DNA of 64,000 nt, taken from contig JAWXUO010000003.1 of the NCBI GenBank assembly GCA_044426355.1, positions 138 to 64,137 on the forward strand, given 5' to 3'. The notes under the pieces are model-generated. The model made no database searches and was not told the origin of the DNA. It worked only from the letters and a program-made list of their open reading frames with translations. Shown here one piece after another: positions 9,201 to 18,490 of this stretch. The stretch comes from Clostridia bacterium. Lineage in GTDB: Bacteria > Bacillota > Clostridia > Oscillospirales > Butyricicoccaceae. Both the position numbers and the translations under genes were made by a program. Position 1 is the first letter of the stretch. The number at the start of each line of letters is the position of its first letter.

Positions 9201-10541
9201 TTATTTCACCTCTCCAACAGTTGTTTTAAGTAAATTAACGGTTTCTTCAAATTTAAACGGATCGTCTACTTCTTGTCTTAAAAAATCGTTTATTTTTGGT
9301 ATAATTTCTACTGCACTATCAAGTTCTTGGTTTGTTCCTGATTTATAAGCACCAATAGAAATTAAGTCTTCGTTCTCTCTGTATACAGCCATCGAACTAC
9401 GCAGTTTTCCTGCACAAGCTTTATGTTCTGGAGTTGCAAGGTTGTTCATCAAACGGCTTACACTTCCTAGTATATCTATCGCTGGGTAGTGGTTTCTTGC
9501 AGCTATTGAACGAGAAAGAATTATATGCCCATCTATAATACCACGAACAGTATCTGCTACTGGTTCGTTTGTATCATCACCCTCTACTAAAACTGTGTAT
9601 ATACCTGTTATTGAGCCTGTTTCAAAATTCCCTGTTCTTTCAAGAAGTTTTGGTAATGCTGAGTATATTGATGGGGTATATCCACGAGCAACAGGAGCTT
9701 CTCCTGTGCTTAGACCAATTTCACGTTGTGTCATTGCAAAACGAGTAAGTGAGTCCATCATTAGCAGAACATCTTTTCCTTGTTGTTGGAAATATTCTGC
9801 AATAGCAGTGGCTGTTTGTGCACATTTTAGTCGCATCATAGCTGGTTGGTCAGATGTTGCAACAACTAAAACCGAACGTTTAAGTCCTTCTGGTCCTAAA
9901 TCATGGTTTATAAATTCTACAACCTCACGTCCACGCTCTCCTACAAGAGCAATTACGTTTATATCTGCTTTTACGTTTCTAGCTATCATTCCAAGTAAAG
10001 TACTTTTTCCGACCCCAGAACCTGCAAATATTCCGATACGTTGACCTTTACCTATAGTAAGTAGTCCGTCTATCGCTCGAACTCCAAGCTCTATAACCTC
10101 ACGTATTGGAGGTCTATTTAGAGGGTTTGAAGAAGCACCAGTCGCAGACATTTCTACCGAATTTTTTATAGGTGGTCCGTCATCTATAGGATTTCCTAAA
10201 GCATCTACCGTTCTGCCGATTAATTGATCTGATACGCTAACAGTCATTTTTTCGCCTGTATTTATAACAGCACAACCATAACCTGCATCGTCAATTTCTT
10301 TAAAGGGCATAAGATACGCTTTGCTTCCTTCTATTCCTACAACTTCGCAAATAAGCTCGTTTTCGTTATTTGTTAAAATAACTTTGCATATATCACCGAT
10401 ACTACAAATAAGCCCAGTTGCTTCGATAGTCATACCTAAGATTTTGCTAATTTTACCCTCATGCGTTTTTAAATCTGTAAAAGTCAATACATTGCGATAA
10501 TGCGATGTATCTAGTTTTTCTATAAAACTTTCTTTATACAT
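9201..10541 (-). CDS. fliI: Flagellum-specific ATPase FliI
   Basis: It has a Walker A motif (GSGVGKSTLLGMIARN) and is F1/T3SS ATPase-like throughout. Confidence 0.97.
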   Translation of the reverse strand: MYKESFIEKLDTSHYRNVLTFTDLKTHEGKISKILGMTIEATGLICSIGDICKVILTNNENELICEVVGIEGSKAYLMPFKEIDDAGYGCAVINTGEKMTVSVSDQLIGRTVDALGNPIDDGPPIKNSVEMSATGASSNPLNRPPIREVIELGVRAIDGLLTIGKGQRIGIFAGSGVGKSTLLGMIARNVKADINVIALVGERGREVVEFINHDLGPEGLKRSVLVVATSDQPAMMRLKCAQTATAIAEYFQQQGKDVLLMMDSLTRFAMTQREIGLSTGEAPVARGYTPSIYSALPKLLERTGNFETGSITGIYTVLVEGDDTNEPVADTVRGIIDGHIILSRSIAARNHYPAIDILGSVSRLMNNLATPEHKACAGKLRSSMAVYRENEDLISIGAYKSGTNQELDSAVEIIPKINDFLRQEVDDPFKFEETVNLLKTTVGEVK

Positions 10542-10564
10542 TAAAAACCTCCCTTTAGGTAATT

Positions 10565-11401
10565 TTATTCTTCGGTTTTATCAAATATCGTTGCAAGATT
10601 TTCTGCCTGTGCAGATATGCTAGATACAACCGTTCCCTCTTCTGCATTAACTCGAACAGAGTCTATCGGAATAGGTTTTGGTGAAATAGTTACTCTAGCA
10701 TTTGGGATTTCGTTTTCTAAATCCCTACGTAGTTTTTCTACTAAATTTACAAGTTTATCAGAAATTTCAATATCAAACCACGATGTATTTTTAATATCTA
10801 TAACTGTTTTTTTAACAAGGCGTTCTAAAACAAGGTCATCTTCATTTATTTTATGCATTATCATTTTTTCAGCTACATCTATTGCTAAATATTTTAGTTC
10901 TACTGCATATTTTCCTAAAAACTGCTTATGATATTGTTGCATTTCAAGCAAACCTTCGTCTACTCTTTTTATGCACTCTTGAATTTCGCCACGACGTTGG
11001 AAGATTGTATCTTCATACGCTTTTTCATAAGCTGATTTGTAAGCTGATTTATATGCATTTTTTGTTGTTACAATACGAACTTCTTCAAGTTCTTTTTTGT
11101 ACAATTGTGCAAGTTCTTCTTTTGTGATTTTTTCTTGAATTGCTTCAAGTCTTGCAAGTCTTCGTTCTTCTTCTTGTTTTTCTGCAAGCTCTAGTTCTTG
11201 TTCTTCGGTAAGAACTTCACCAATTTCTTCGACTTCTTCTATTTGCTCCGAATGATGCGAATTTTCTGAATTTTCTAAATTTTCGCCTTCTTCAGGAATA
11301 TACATTTCGTTTTCGTCGATGTCTTTAGGTCTAATTTCTGGTATTTTTACAGAACCTGTGATTGGTGGTAAATCGCCTACATTTTTAATTATACTAGGCA
11401 A
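10565..11401 (-). CDS. fliH: Flagellar assembly protein FliH
   Basis: 278 aa with an acidic, coiled-coil N-region. It lies between fliG and fliI and overlaps the fliG stop by 8 nt. Confidence 0.8.
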   Translation of the reverse strand: MPSIIKNVGDLPPITGSVKIPEIRPKDIDENEMYIPEEGENLENSENSHHSEQIEEVEEIGEVLTEEQELELAEKQEEERRLARLEAIQEKITKEELAQLYKKELEEVRIVTTKNAYKSAYKSAYEKAYEDTIFQRRGEIQECIKRVDEGLLEMQQYHKQFLGKYAVELKYLAIDVAEKMIMHKINEDDLVLERLVKKTVIDIKNTSWFDIEISDKLVNLVEKLRRDLENEIPNARVTISPKPIPIDSVRVNAEEGTVVSSISAQAENLATIFDKTEE

Positions 11402-12416
11402 TTATAGCATCCTCCTCACCACCACGAGAAACAACAATTTCTCCTGATTCTTCAAGAGTACGAATAACATTAACAATTTCTTGTTGTGCTTCTTCAACTT
11501 CTTTCATACGTACGTTACGTAGGTATTGAATATCTTCTAAGATTGCTTCTTTCGCACGAGTAGAAACGTTGTTTAACAGTGTTTCTTTAACTTCTTCTGT
11601 CGAACCTTTAATAGCAACTGCAAGTTGTTTTGAGTCAACATCACGAAGTACACGTTGGATAGACATATCATCAAGATGTACAATGTCTTCGAATACGAAC
11701 ATAAGTTTACGAATGCTATCAGAAAGATCTGGGTCATCACGATTAAGCTCGTCGAAGATGTATTTTTCTGTTGCACGGTCTGTGCTGTTCATAATCTCTG
11801 CTACGTAGTTTATACCACCTATCTCTGTCATATCTATAGATATAATTGTAGAGAATCGTTTTTCGAGAATAGATTCTACTGCTTCTACTATATTAGGAGA
11901 TACGCTACTTAAAGTAGCGATTCTCTTAATAACATCAATTTGCAAATCTTTTGGTAGCTCTGCAATAACACGTGACGCTTGTTCTGATTTTGCATAAGAT
12001 AATACAAAAGCTATTGTTTGTGGGTGTTCACTTTGCAAAACCATAATAAGGTTTTTGTAGTTTGCTTTACGAATAAATTCGAATGCACGAGTTTGTATAG
12101 CACCCGAAATTCTACTCATATAAGATTCTGCAAGACTTGACCCAAACGCTTTTTCTAAAACGTCTTTCGCAAAAATCATACCATCTTCTATGATAACTTT
12201 TTGTGTTATACACATACCATAGAAATCGTCTATGATTTCTTGCATTTTTTCAGCTTCCATTTGCTCCATGCGAGCAACTTCTAAAGATAATTTTTCAATT
12301 TCTTCTTCGTTAAGTCTTTTATAAATTTCCGTTGCACGATCCTTGCCTAATGCTAAAACTACAGCTGCAGCTCTAGTTGCATTAGTAACTGGTCTCGAGC
12401 TTTGTTTAGGAGCCAT
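11394..12416 (-). CDS. fliG: Flagellar motor switch protein FliG
   Basis: 340 aa with typical FliG sequence (RAAAVVLALGKDRATEIYKRLNEEEIEKLSLEVA...). Confidence 0.95.
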   Translation of the reverse strand: MAPKQSSRPVTNATRAAAVVLALGKDRATEIYKRLNEEEIEKLSLEVARMEQMEAEKMQEIIDDFYGMCITQKVIIEDGMIFAKDVLEKAFGSSLAESYMSRISGAIQTRAFEFIRKANYKNLIMVLQSEHPQTIAFVLSYAKSEQASRVIAELPKDLQIDVIKRIATLSSVSPNIVEAVESILEKRFSTIISIDMTEIGGINYVAEIMNSTDRATEKYIFDELNRDDPDLSDSIRKLMFVFEDIVHLDDMSIQRVLRDVDSKQLAVAIKGSTEEVKETLLNNVSTRAKEAILEDIQYLRNVRMKEVEEAQQEIVNVIRTLEESGEIVVSRGGEEDAIIA

Positions 12417-12418
12417 AA

Positions 12419-14119
12419 TTATTCACCGTCCTTCAACCAATTTTTGATTAGACTAGTTGCAATTTCAGGATTTTGGTCTGTGAAATCACGAATTTCATCA
12501 ATAATAGCTTCTTGTTTATCATTTTCTTCGCTATGAACAGAAGTAGCAATATTGTTTTTGTAGTCTTCTAACGCTCGTTCTGCTGCAATTCTTTGTTCTT
12601 CTAGCAGACGCTCAGCTTCATTTTGTTTTGCAAGTTGTTTTGCTCTCTTACGTTTTTTGATAAATACAATAAGTGCTATGATTAGAATTATTAAGAATAG
12701 TGCTAATACCATGTAGTACCACGGAATTATTGCAAATATATCAAATTCTAGTGGGTCTATTATTAACGTGTCGCTTTCTGATTCACCTGGTAAGATAGAG
12801 TTTATCGCACTAACTGTGATTAATTCTGGAGGAATGTCAGCACTCATAGAAATTAAGCTTATAAGTTCTGCTTGGCGTGCCTCTGTCATATTTTCTTCTG
12901 CTACTAAAACAGAAACTGTAGCTCTTTCTAAAACTGCATAACCTGCTTCGACTTGACTTTTAATATATGAATAGTCGAAATATGTATGCCAACTAAAGTG
13001 AGTTATATCTTCATCGTTAACTGTTCCATATGCATAAGTTGGTATGTCGTCGTTATCTTCTTCTCCAACTAAACCACCATAATTTACGTTACCGTCTAAT
13101 TGGTAATAACCTTGAGCTTCTGTTACAAATCCACCACCGTCTGGTTTTTCGAACAACTCAACGCTTTCACTAATCATTTTATCATAGTTTAGCGTAGCTT
13201 TAACTGTAGCTACAACGCCATCATTTCCATATCTCGAAGATAAAAGTCTTACTATATTGCTTTCTAGTTGTTTTTGAACAATAGCTTCAAGTTCGTAGTT
13301 TTGTAGTGCTGTTATTGTATTTGTAAGTCCATCTATATTAGAAGATGTTGTTCCCATTTCTAAAGAAGTTCTTGAATTTACAATTTTAACATCATCTGCA
13401 CTTACACCTGGTACACCAGCTGCTACTATAGTTTTAATAGAGTTTACTTGTTCTGTAGATAATTCTACACCAACTTGAGGTGTTAGCATTATAGCAACTG
13501 TTCCTACTTCGGTGTTTGTTGCTTTATCCCATATATAGTCGCTTGTATTAGGCAAGCTTATTAAAACAGAAGCATCAGTTACACCATTAATACGTTTAAC
13601 GGTTGTTGCAATTTCTTCTTGTAGTTGATAGTGTGCCCATTGGTCAAGCTCCGACTGCGTTGTGGTCATTCCTGAGTTATCTGCGTAGTACGAATAATTT
13701 GGAGAGCCTGATTTTGGATACCCTTCTGCTGCAAGCTGTAATAGCCAAATATCAAATTCTTCTGCTAAAACCATTACTTCGCCATCACTATTTAATTGAG
13801 GGTCTGCTCCTTTTAATTTAAGCAAACTAAAAATCTCTGTAGTTTCTGTAGCATCTAAACCTGCATATAAAACTCTGTATCCACCATCGCCTGCACCCAT
13901 ATATAATGATGCAGTAATTATTAAAGCGATTATAGGTACTATAAAAATCAAAGCTTTTATTGGGTTTTCTTTGATTTGCTTTACAGCATCATCTATCATT
14001 TGCTTTACTTTCTCAGTTTGTATTACTTGCTGAGATTGCTGTTGCGATGATTGTTGTGTTGACGCTGACGTTGCCTGTTGCGATGGTTCTTGTATGTTAT
14101 CTTTATTTTCGTTATCCAA
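12419..14119 (-). CDS. fliF: Flagellar MS-ring protein FliF
   Basis: 566 aa with a YscJ/FliF-type periplasmic domain, two TM segments, and a C-terminal FliG-binding region. Confidence 0.93.
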   Translation of the reverse strand: MDNENKDNIQEPSQQATSASTQQSSQQQSQQVIQTEKVKQMIDDAVKQIKENPIKALIFIVPIIALIITASLYMGAGDGGYRVLYAGLDATETTEIFSLLKLKGADPQLNSDGEVMVLAEEFDIWLLQLAAEGYPKSGSPNYSYYADNSGMTTTQSELDQWAHYQLQEEIATTVKRINGVTDASVLISLPNTSDYIWDKATNTEVGTVAIMLTPQVGVELSTEQVNSIKTIVAAGVPGVSADDVKIVNSRTSLEMGTTSSNIDGLTNTITALQNYELEAIVQKQLESNIVRLLSSRYGNDGVVATVKATLNYDKMISESVELFEKPDGGGFVTEAQGYYQLDGNVNYGGLVGEEDNDDIPTYAYGTVNDEDITHFSWHTYFDYSYIKSQVEAGYAVLERATVSVLVAEENMTEARQAELISLISMSADIPPELITVSAINSILPGESESDTLIIDPLEFDIFAIIPWYYMVLALFLIILIIALIVFIKKRKRAKQLAKQNEAERLLEEQRIAAERALEDYKNNIATSVHSEENDKQEAIIDEIRDFTDQNPEIATSLIKNWLKDGE

Positions 14120-14159
14120 CTTAAAAGCTCCGATCTTTTAAAATTTCTTTTAAAGTGCA

Positions 14160-14456
14160 CTACACTTGCATTTGCATTATTTCTTTATAACAGTTTACCA
14201 CTCGACTTACGAGTTGCACTGTTGTTTGAACCATTGATTCAGCTTTTAATGAATTTATTTGTACTTGAGCTAGATTGTCTATATTTCCCATCAAAATATT
14301 TTGGCTATCTTCTTCTGTAATTTGTTGTAAACGGTTTGTTTCTGCAATAGCATCTGTAAGTAAGCTTGCAAAAGGTAGACCAGTTGAATTTGTATTAATT
14401 GTTTGTTGTGATGTAGTTTCACCAAATTCCATTGGTGTAATTGCGTTTATAAACAT
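14160..14456 (-). CDS. fliE: Flagellar hook-basal body complex protein FliE
   Basis: 98 aa whose C-terminus (...VVNCYKEIMQMQV) is typical of FliE. It is the first gene of the minus-strand operon. Confidence 0.85.
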   Translation of the reverse strand: MFINAITPMEFGETTSQQTINTNSTGLPFASLLTDAIAETNRLQQITEEDSQNILMGNIDNLAQVQINSLKAESMVQTTVQLVSRVVNCYKEIMQMQV

Positions 14457-14565
14457 ATTTTCCTCCTCGTTACACTAAAAAAGTGTATTTATAACATCGT
14501 AAATTGCTGAATTATCTCACTTTTGAAATAACAAAACTAGGCATACGTATGCCATTAATATATAT

Positions 14566-14594
14566 ACAATATCATTTTTGCAAGTGCATGTCAA
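14566..14594 (-). promoter_or_regulatory. SigmaA-type promoter for the fliE-led operon
   Basis: The minus strand reads TTGACA-17 nt-TATTGT, with a TG one base upstream of the -10. It lies ~110 nt upstream of the fliE ATG. Confidence 0.5.
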
Positions 14595-14756
14595 GCGTTT
14601 TTTGCAACTTTTCGTCTTTTTTTGTCGTATTTTCCAGTATTTTGTCCTATTTGTAAAAATTTTGAAAATTTACCTTTTGTTAATTTTTAACCTTACAAAC
14701 TTCTTTGTTATATAATTGTTAATTTTTTAATGTAAAACAAAAAAATCTTAACTTTT

Positions 14757-14797
14757 TTTATTTTTGCTATTTCATTTTTTAAAAAACGTTGAATAAC
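14757..14797 (+). promoter_or_regulatory. Conserved late-operon motif, copy 1 (TTTATTTTTGCTATT-N16-CGTTGAATAAC)
   Basis: It recurs at 20362-20406 and 36712-36753. All three copies are on the + strand upstream of late flagellar/che operons. Confidence 0.4.
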
Positions 14798-14934
14798 TAT
14801 ATTTGAAAGCATAATTGTCTTCGCTATAGATAATATGCAAATTGTGTGATAAAAATTATAAGAACCAAAAGATTTATAAAGCATATTTCCAAATATAAAA
14901 AATATAGCTTAAAAAATAAGAAAGGGTGGTTATT

Positions 14935-15276
14935 ATGGATATTAAAAATATTTATGACGTTTCTGTTTCAAATATTCCTAAAGTAACTAAAACTACAAAC
15001 TCTGTTTACGGAAAGCAAGAAAATTATGAAAAACCTGTAAAAGCCGAAAAAGCAAACTCAGGTCATGACACTGTAAACATTAGTTCAGAAGCTACTTTTA
15101 AATCAAATTTAAGTAAAGAAGTTAAGAAATACGTAGCAGAAGAAAACGCTATTGCTTCGTCAACTTCTGTAAAATTAGATAACCTAAAACAATTATATAA
15201 TGGTGATAATTGCCCTATATCTAGCTCTGATATAGCAAGTTCTATTATGAAATCTGTTTGTGGTTATGCCGTTTAG
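14935..15276 (+). CDS. flgM: Anti-sigma-28 factor FlgM
   Basis: It shows FlgM-like features (DTVNISSEA...KLDNLKQLYNGDNCPISSSDIASSIM). I moved the start to ATG 14935 (RBS AAAGGGTGG); the track's GTG at 14926 overlaps that RBS. Confidence 0.8.
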   Translation: MDIKNIYDVSVSNIPKVTKTTNSVYGKQENYEKPVKAEKANSGHDTVNISSEATFKSNLSKEVKKYVAEENAIASSTSVKLDNLKQLYNGDNCPISSSDIASSIMKSVCGYAV

Positions 15277-15294
15277 TACACTAGGAGGATTCCA

Positions 15295-15759
15295 ATGACT
15301 GAATTTTTAACTAGCTTTCTAAGTGCATGCCAAAAAGTTTGCGACGAATTAACGTTAATGACATCGCTTGAACAAGACAAAAGGCAAGCTCTTTTAGGTA
15401 ATGATGTAAAAGCTATTGAACAAATAACTAACAAACAACAAGCATTATCTATGAAACTAGAAAACGCTGAAAAAAAGCGTGTTTCAGCTCAAATAGCATG
15501 TGGTTTTGAAAATAAAACTTCACGTGATATTTTAAATGAGTTAAGTGCTGAGGATAAAAAAGTTTTTTCGCCCGTTTTCGAAAAACTTTATAACACAGCT
15601 GATATATTAAAAATAACTAACAAAGCTTCATTAGATATTGTTGCAATAGAGCTAAGCTTGCTAAAAGACAGACTCCCTGCAACCGAAACAAATTTTGCAC
15701 AACCTGGAAAAAGAGGGTATTCTACGTATACTAAACCTACATTCCAAGGTACATTTTAA
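15295..15759 (+). CDS. flgN: FlgN-family flagellar chaperone
   Basis: 154 aa helical protein between flgM and flgK, with RBS AGGAGG. Confidence 0.65.
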   Translation: MTEFLTSFLSACQKVCDELTLMTSLEQDKRQALLGNDVKAIEQITNKQQALSMKLENAEKKRVSAQIACGFENKTSRDILNELSAEDKKVFSPVFEKLYNTADILKITNKASLDIVAIELSLLKDRLPATETNFAQPGKRGYSTYTKPTFQGTF

Positions 15760-15779
15760 ATCACAGGAGGATTATTAAT

Positions 15780-17330
15780 ATGTATACACGCCCAACGTTT
15801 ATGGGTTTTGAAACTGCAAAAACCTCTATTTTTGCAAACCAAAAATCACTTGATATAGTTGGTAACAACTTAGCAAATGTAAATACAGTAGGATACACAC
15901 GTCAAAGCGTAGACCGTGCATCTATGGTAGTACCATCATATTCTGGTAAAACAAGTACTGGTACTATAGGTCTTGCAGGTCAGGGTGTAGAAAGCCTTGG
16001 TGTAAGCCAAACTCGTGACTCATTTTTAGACCTTAGATTCCGTCAAGAATACGCAAATTCATCTTACCACTCAGAAGCAGCAAGTATCTTAGACGATATT
16101 CAGCTTGCTTTAGGTGATGGTTATGATATTACAGACGAAGCAGGTCTTTATTCTGCTGTTATTGATATTTATTCTGCTTTAAACAGCTTTGTAGGTGACC
16201 CTACTTCAGACTCACTTGCAAATATCGTTTTATCTAGCTTTACAAATATCTGTCAAGTTTTAACGCAACTAGATACAAACCTTACAAACGTTGCGAATAA
16301 CTCTATATTTGATTTAGGGGTTGACGTTGACCGTATTAATGAAATTGCTTCTCAAATAGCTGATATAAACAAAATTATAGAAGATGATAGTTCATCTTTT
16401 CTTATCGCTGATGTATATTACGGACCAAATGAATTATACGATGCTAGAAACTTACTTTTAGACGAACTAGCATATTTTGGCGAAATCACAGTAACCGACC
16501 ACCCTGATGGTTCTATAGATGTAACTTTAGGTGGCTTCCCTCTTATTGAAAGAACTGATACAGAAACTCTAAACCTTGTAACAAACGATGACCTTACAGT
16601 TTCTTTAAACTGGGTTTCTACAGGCGAAAGCTATACTGCAACAACAGGTGCACTTCTTGCTAATATACATTTTATAAATGGTGCTGGTGTAAACTGTTCT
16701 GACGTAACTCAAGAACCATACCAAGGTATTGTTTATTACCGTGACCAACTTGATACTTTTGCAAATGCACTATCTCAAGTTGCAAACAACACAGTTCCTG
16801 AATGTGATGAAGACGGAAATCCTCTTTTAGATGATAAAGGAAATATAGTATACAAAACTTTACTTGGTGCACAACTTTCTAACGGTACTACATCTATGTA
16901 TGGTATTACTGCTGGAAACATCACAATTAGTGATGAGTGGAATAATAACGGTGCAGGATATTTTGTTTACAGCCACGATGAATATGTTGAAGACTATGCT
17001 CAAGAACTTGCATACAAACTTACTGAACAATCATATTCATTTAACAGTAACGGCACTATTTATGAAGGAACTTTCCTTGATTTCCACGTAAACATGGTAA
17101 CACAGCTTGCATCAGACGTTAGTTTCCATGCAGGTAGACAAGATTCATATGCACTTATAGCAAACGATTTGTTAAATCAACGTGATGCCGTAGCTGGTGT
17201 AAGTACCGATGAAGAAACTGCTGATATGTTGATTTTCCAAAAATCATACGAGGCAGCTTCTCGAATGATGACGGTATTTGATGAACTTTTAGACGTAATA
17301 ATAAACAGCACAGGACGTGTTGGTTTATAA
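15780..17330 (+). CDS. flgK: Flagellar hook-associated protein 1 FlgK
   Basis: The N-terminus (FMGFETAKTSIFANQKSLDIVGNNLANVNTVGYTRQ) and C-terminus (DEETADMLIFQKSYEAASRMMTVFDELLDVIIN) match FlgK. Confidence 0.92.
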   Translation: MYTRPTFMGFETAKTSIFANQKSLDIVGNNLANVNTVGYTRQSVDRASMVVPSYSGKTSTGTIGLAGQGVESLGVSQTRDSFLDLRFRQEYANSSYHSEAASILDDIQLALGDGYDITDEAGLYSAVIDIYSALNSFVGDPTSDSLANIVLSSFTNICQVLTQLDTNLTNVANNSIFDLGVDVDRINEIASQIADINKIIEDDSSSFLIADVYYGPNELYDARNLLLDELAYFGEITVTDHPDGSIDVTLGGFPLIERTDTETLNLVTNDDLTVSLNWVSTGESYTATTGALLANIHFINGAGVNCSDVTQEPYQGIVYYRDQLDTFANALSQVANNTVPECDEDGNPLLDDKGNIVYKTLLGAQLSNGTTSMYGITAGNITISDEWNNNGAGYFVYSHDEYVEDYAQELAYKLTEQSYSFNSNGTIYEGTFLDFHVNMVTQLASDVSFHAGRQDSYALIANDLLNQRDAVAGVSTDEETADMLIFQKSYEAASRMMTVFDELLDVIINSTGRVGL

Positions 17331-17357
17331 TATATTTATATTAGGAGGTAATATAAC

Positions 17358-18413
17358 ATGAGAGTAGCAGACAGATCAGTTACTAGAACTTACTTATCGC
17401 AATTAAATGGTGCGAAAAACGACTTTATGACAACGCAAGCACAAATTTACTCTGGTAACAGATTTACAAAATTATCAGACGATGTATCTTCAGGGGTACG
17501 TGTATTAAATGTTAGATCCGATTTATATAAATCACAGACATATCTTAGCAATGTTCAAGAAATCACCGACGAACTATCTGTTGCAGAAACAGCTTTATTG
17601 TCTATGCAAGATATTTTAACTAATGTACACGAACTAGCACTTGCTGCACTAAACGAAGATAAAGAAACTAATGCATCTGTTTATGCAACAGAAATTTCGA
17701 GTTTAAAAGACCAACTTCTTTTATATGCTAATACTCAATTTGGTAACACATTTACTTTTGGTGGTTCAAACACAAGCCACACTGAACCTTTTACACTAGA
17801 TGAAAATGGATACATGTTATACAATGGTATCCCTGTAAGCGACATACAAAAAGCAGACGCTACTGACGCTACTACATACGACATTGAAGAAGGTAGTTAT
17901 TTCTACATTGATCCAACTTCGGGTGACCTTGTAGATATTCCTATGAGTGGTGATATTTATATGGACGTAGGTCTTGGAATAAAACTTTCAGAAGGTCAAG
18001 TTACTGGTAATTCGTGTATATTAATATCTTTCTCAGGTCTTGATATTTTCGGTTTCGGTACAGATGAAGATGGTTTTTCTAACAATATTTACAACATTTT
18101 AAACGACTTAGAAACTGCTGTAAGAGATTACGATACTAGTGCAATGTCTGACCTTGACCTTAAATTAACAGATTTAAGAGACAAATTTTTAATCAATATA
18201 ACTGATATCGGTTCTAAAACAAAGTATCTAAACACTATAGAAACTCGTACAGAAGCTAATATCGATATGTATAAAATTACAATCGACAACCTTATGGGAA
18301 CAAACGACGAAGAAGCTATTTCTACACTTGCAATGAACGAATATGTTTTACAAGCAATAATGCAAATGGGTTCTCGTGTTATTCCAAACACTTTAATGGA
18401 TTTCATTCGTTAA
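17358..18413 (+). CDS. flgL: Flagellar hook-associated protein 3 FlgL
   Basis: It has flagellin-family N and C termini (RVADRSVTRTYLSQLN...; ...VLQAIMQMGSRVIPNTLMDFIR) and follows flgK. Confidence 0.88.
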   Translation: MRVADRSVTRTYLSQLNGAKNDFMTTQAQIYSGNRFTKLSDDVSSGVRVLNVRSDLYKSQTYLSNVQEITDELSVAETALLSMQDILTNVHELALAALNEDKETNASVYATEISSLKDQLLLYANTQFGNTFTFGGSNTSHTEPFTLDENGYMLYNGIPVSDIQKADATDATTYDIEEGSYFYIDPTSGDLVDIPMSGDIYMDVGLGIKLSEGQVTGNSCILISFSGLDIFGFGTDEDGFSNNIYNILNDLETAVRDYDTSAMSDLDLKLTDLRDKFLINITDIGSKTKYLNTIETRTEANIDMYKITIDNLMGTNDEEAISTLAMNEYVLQAIMQMGSRVIPNTLMDFIR

Positions 18414-18424
18414 TAGACAAAAAA

Positions 18425-18466
18425 ATAGTTTATACCATAAATTTAATTATTTATGGTATAAACTAT
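18425..18466. repeat. Perfect 42-bp palindrome (18-bp arms, 6-nt centre)
   Basis: The sequence is ATAGTTTATACCATAAAT-TTAATT-ATTTATGGTATAAACTAT. An A5 run lies on its left (a U-run when read on the minus strand), and there is no T-run on its right. Confidence 0.9.
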
Positions 18467-18490
18467 CAAGTATAACAAGGAGGTAACGTT

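Noticed and set aside
9595-10044. 149-aa + strand ORF
   Set aside because: It is antisense within fliI, a highly conserved ATPase.
14457-14925. Looked for a c-di-GMP (GEMM) riboswitch or invertible flagellar switch upstream of the early operon, as in C. difficile
   Set aside because: I could not see the conserved GEMM helices or loops, nor flanking inverted repeats bracketing the promoter. Only short direct repeats (TTGTTAATTTTT x2) and one 14-bp palindrome are present.
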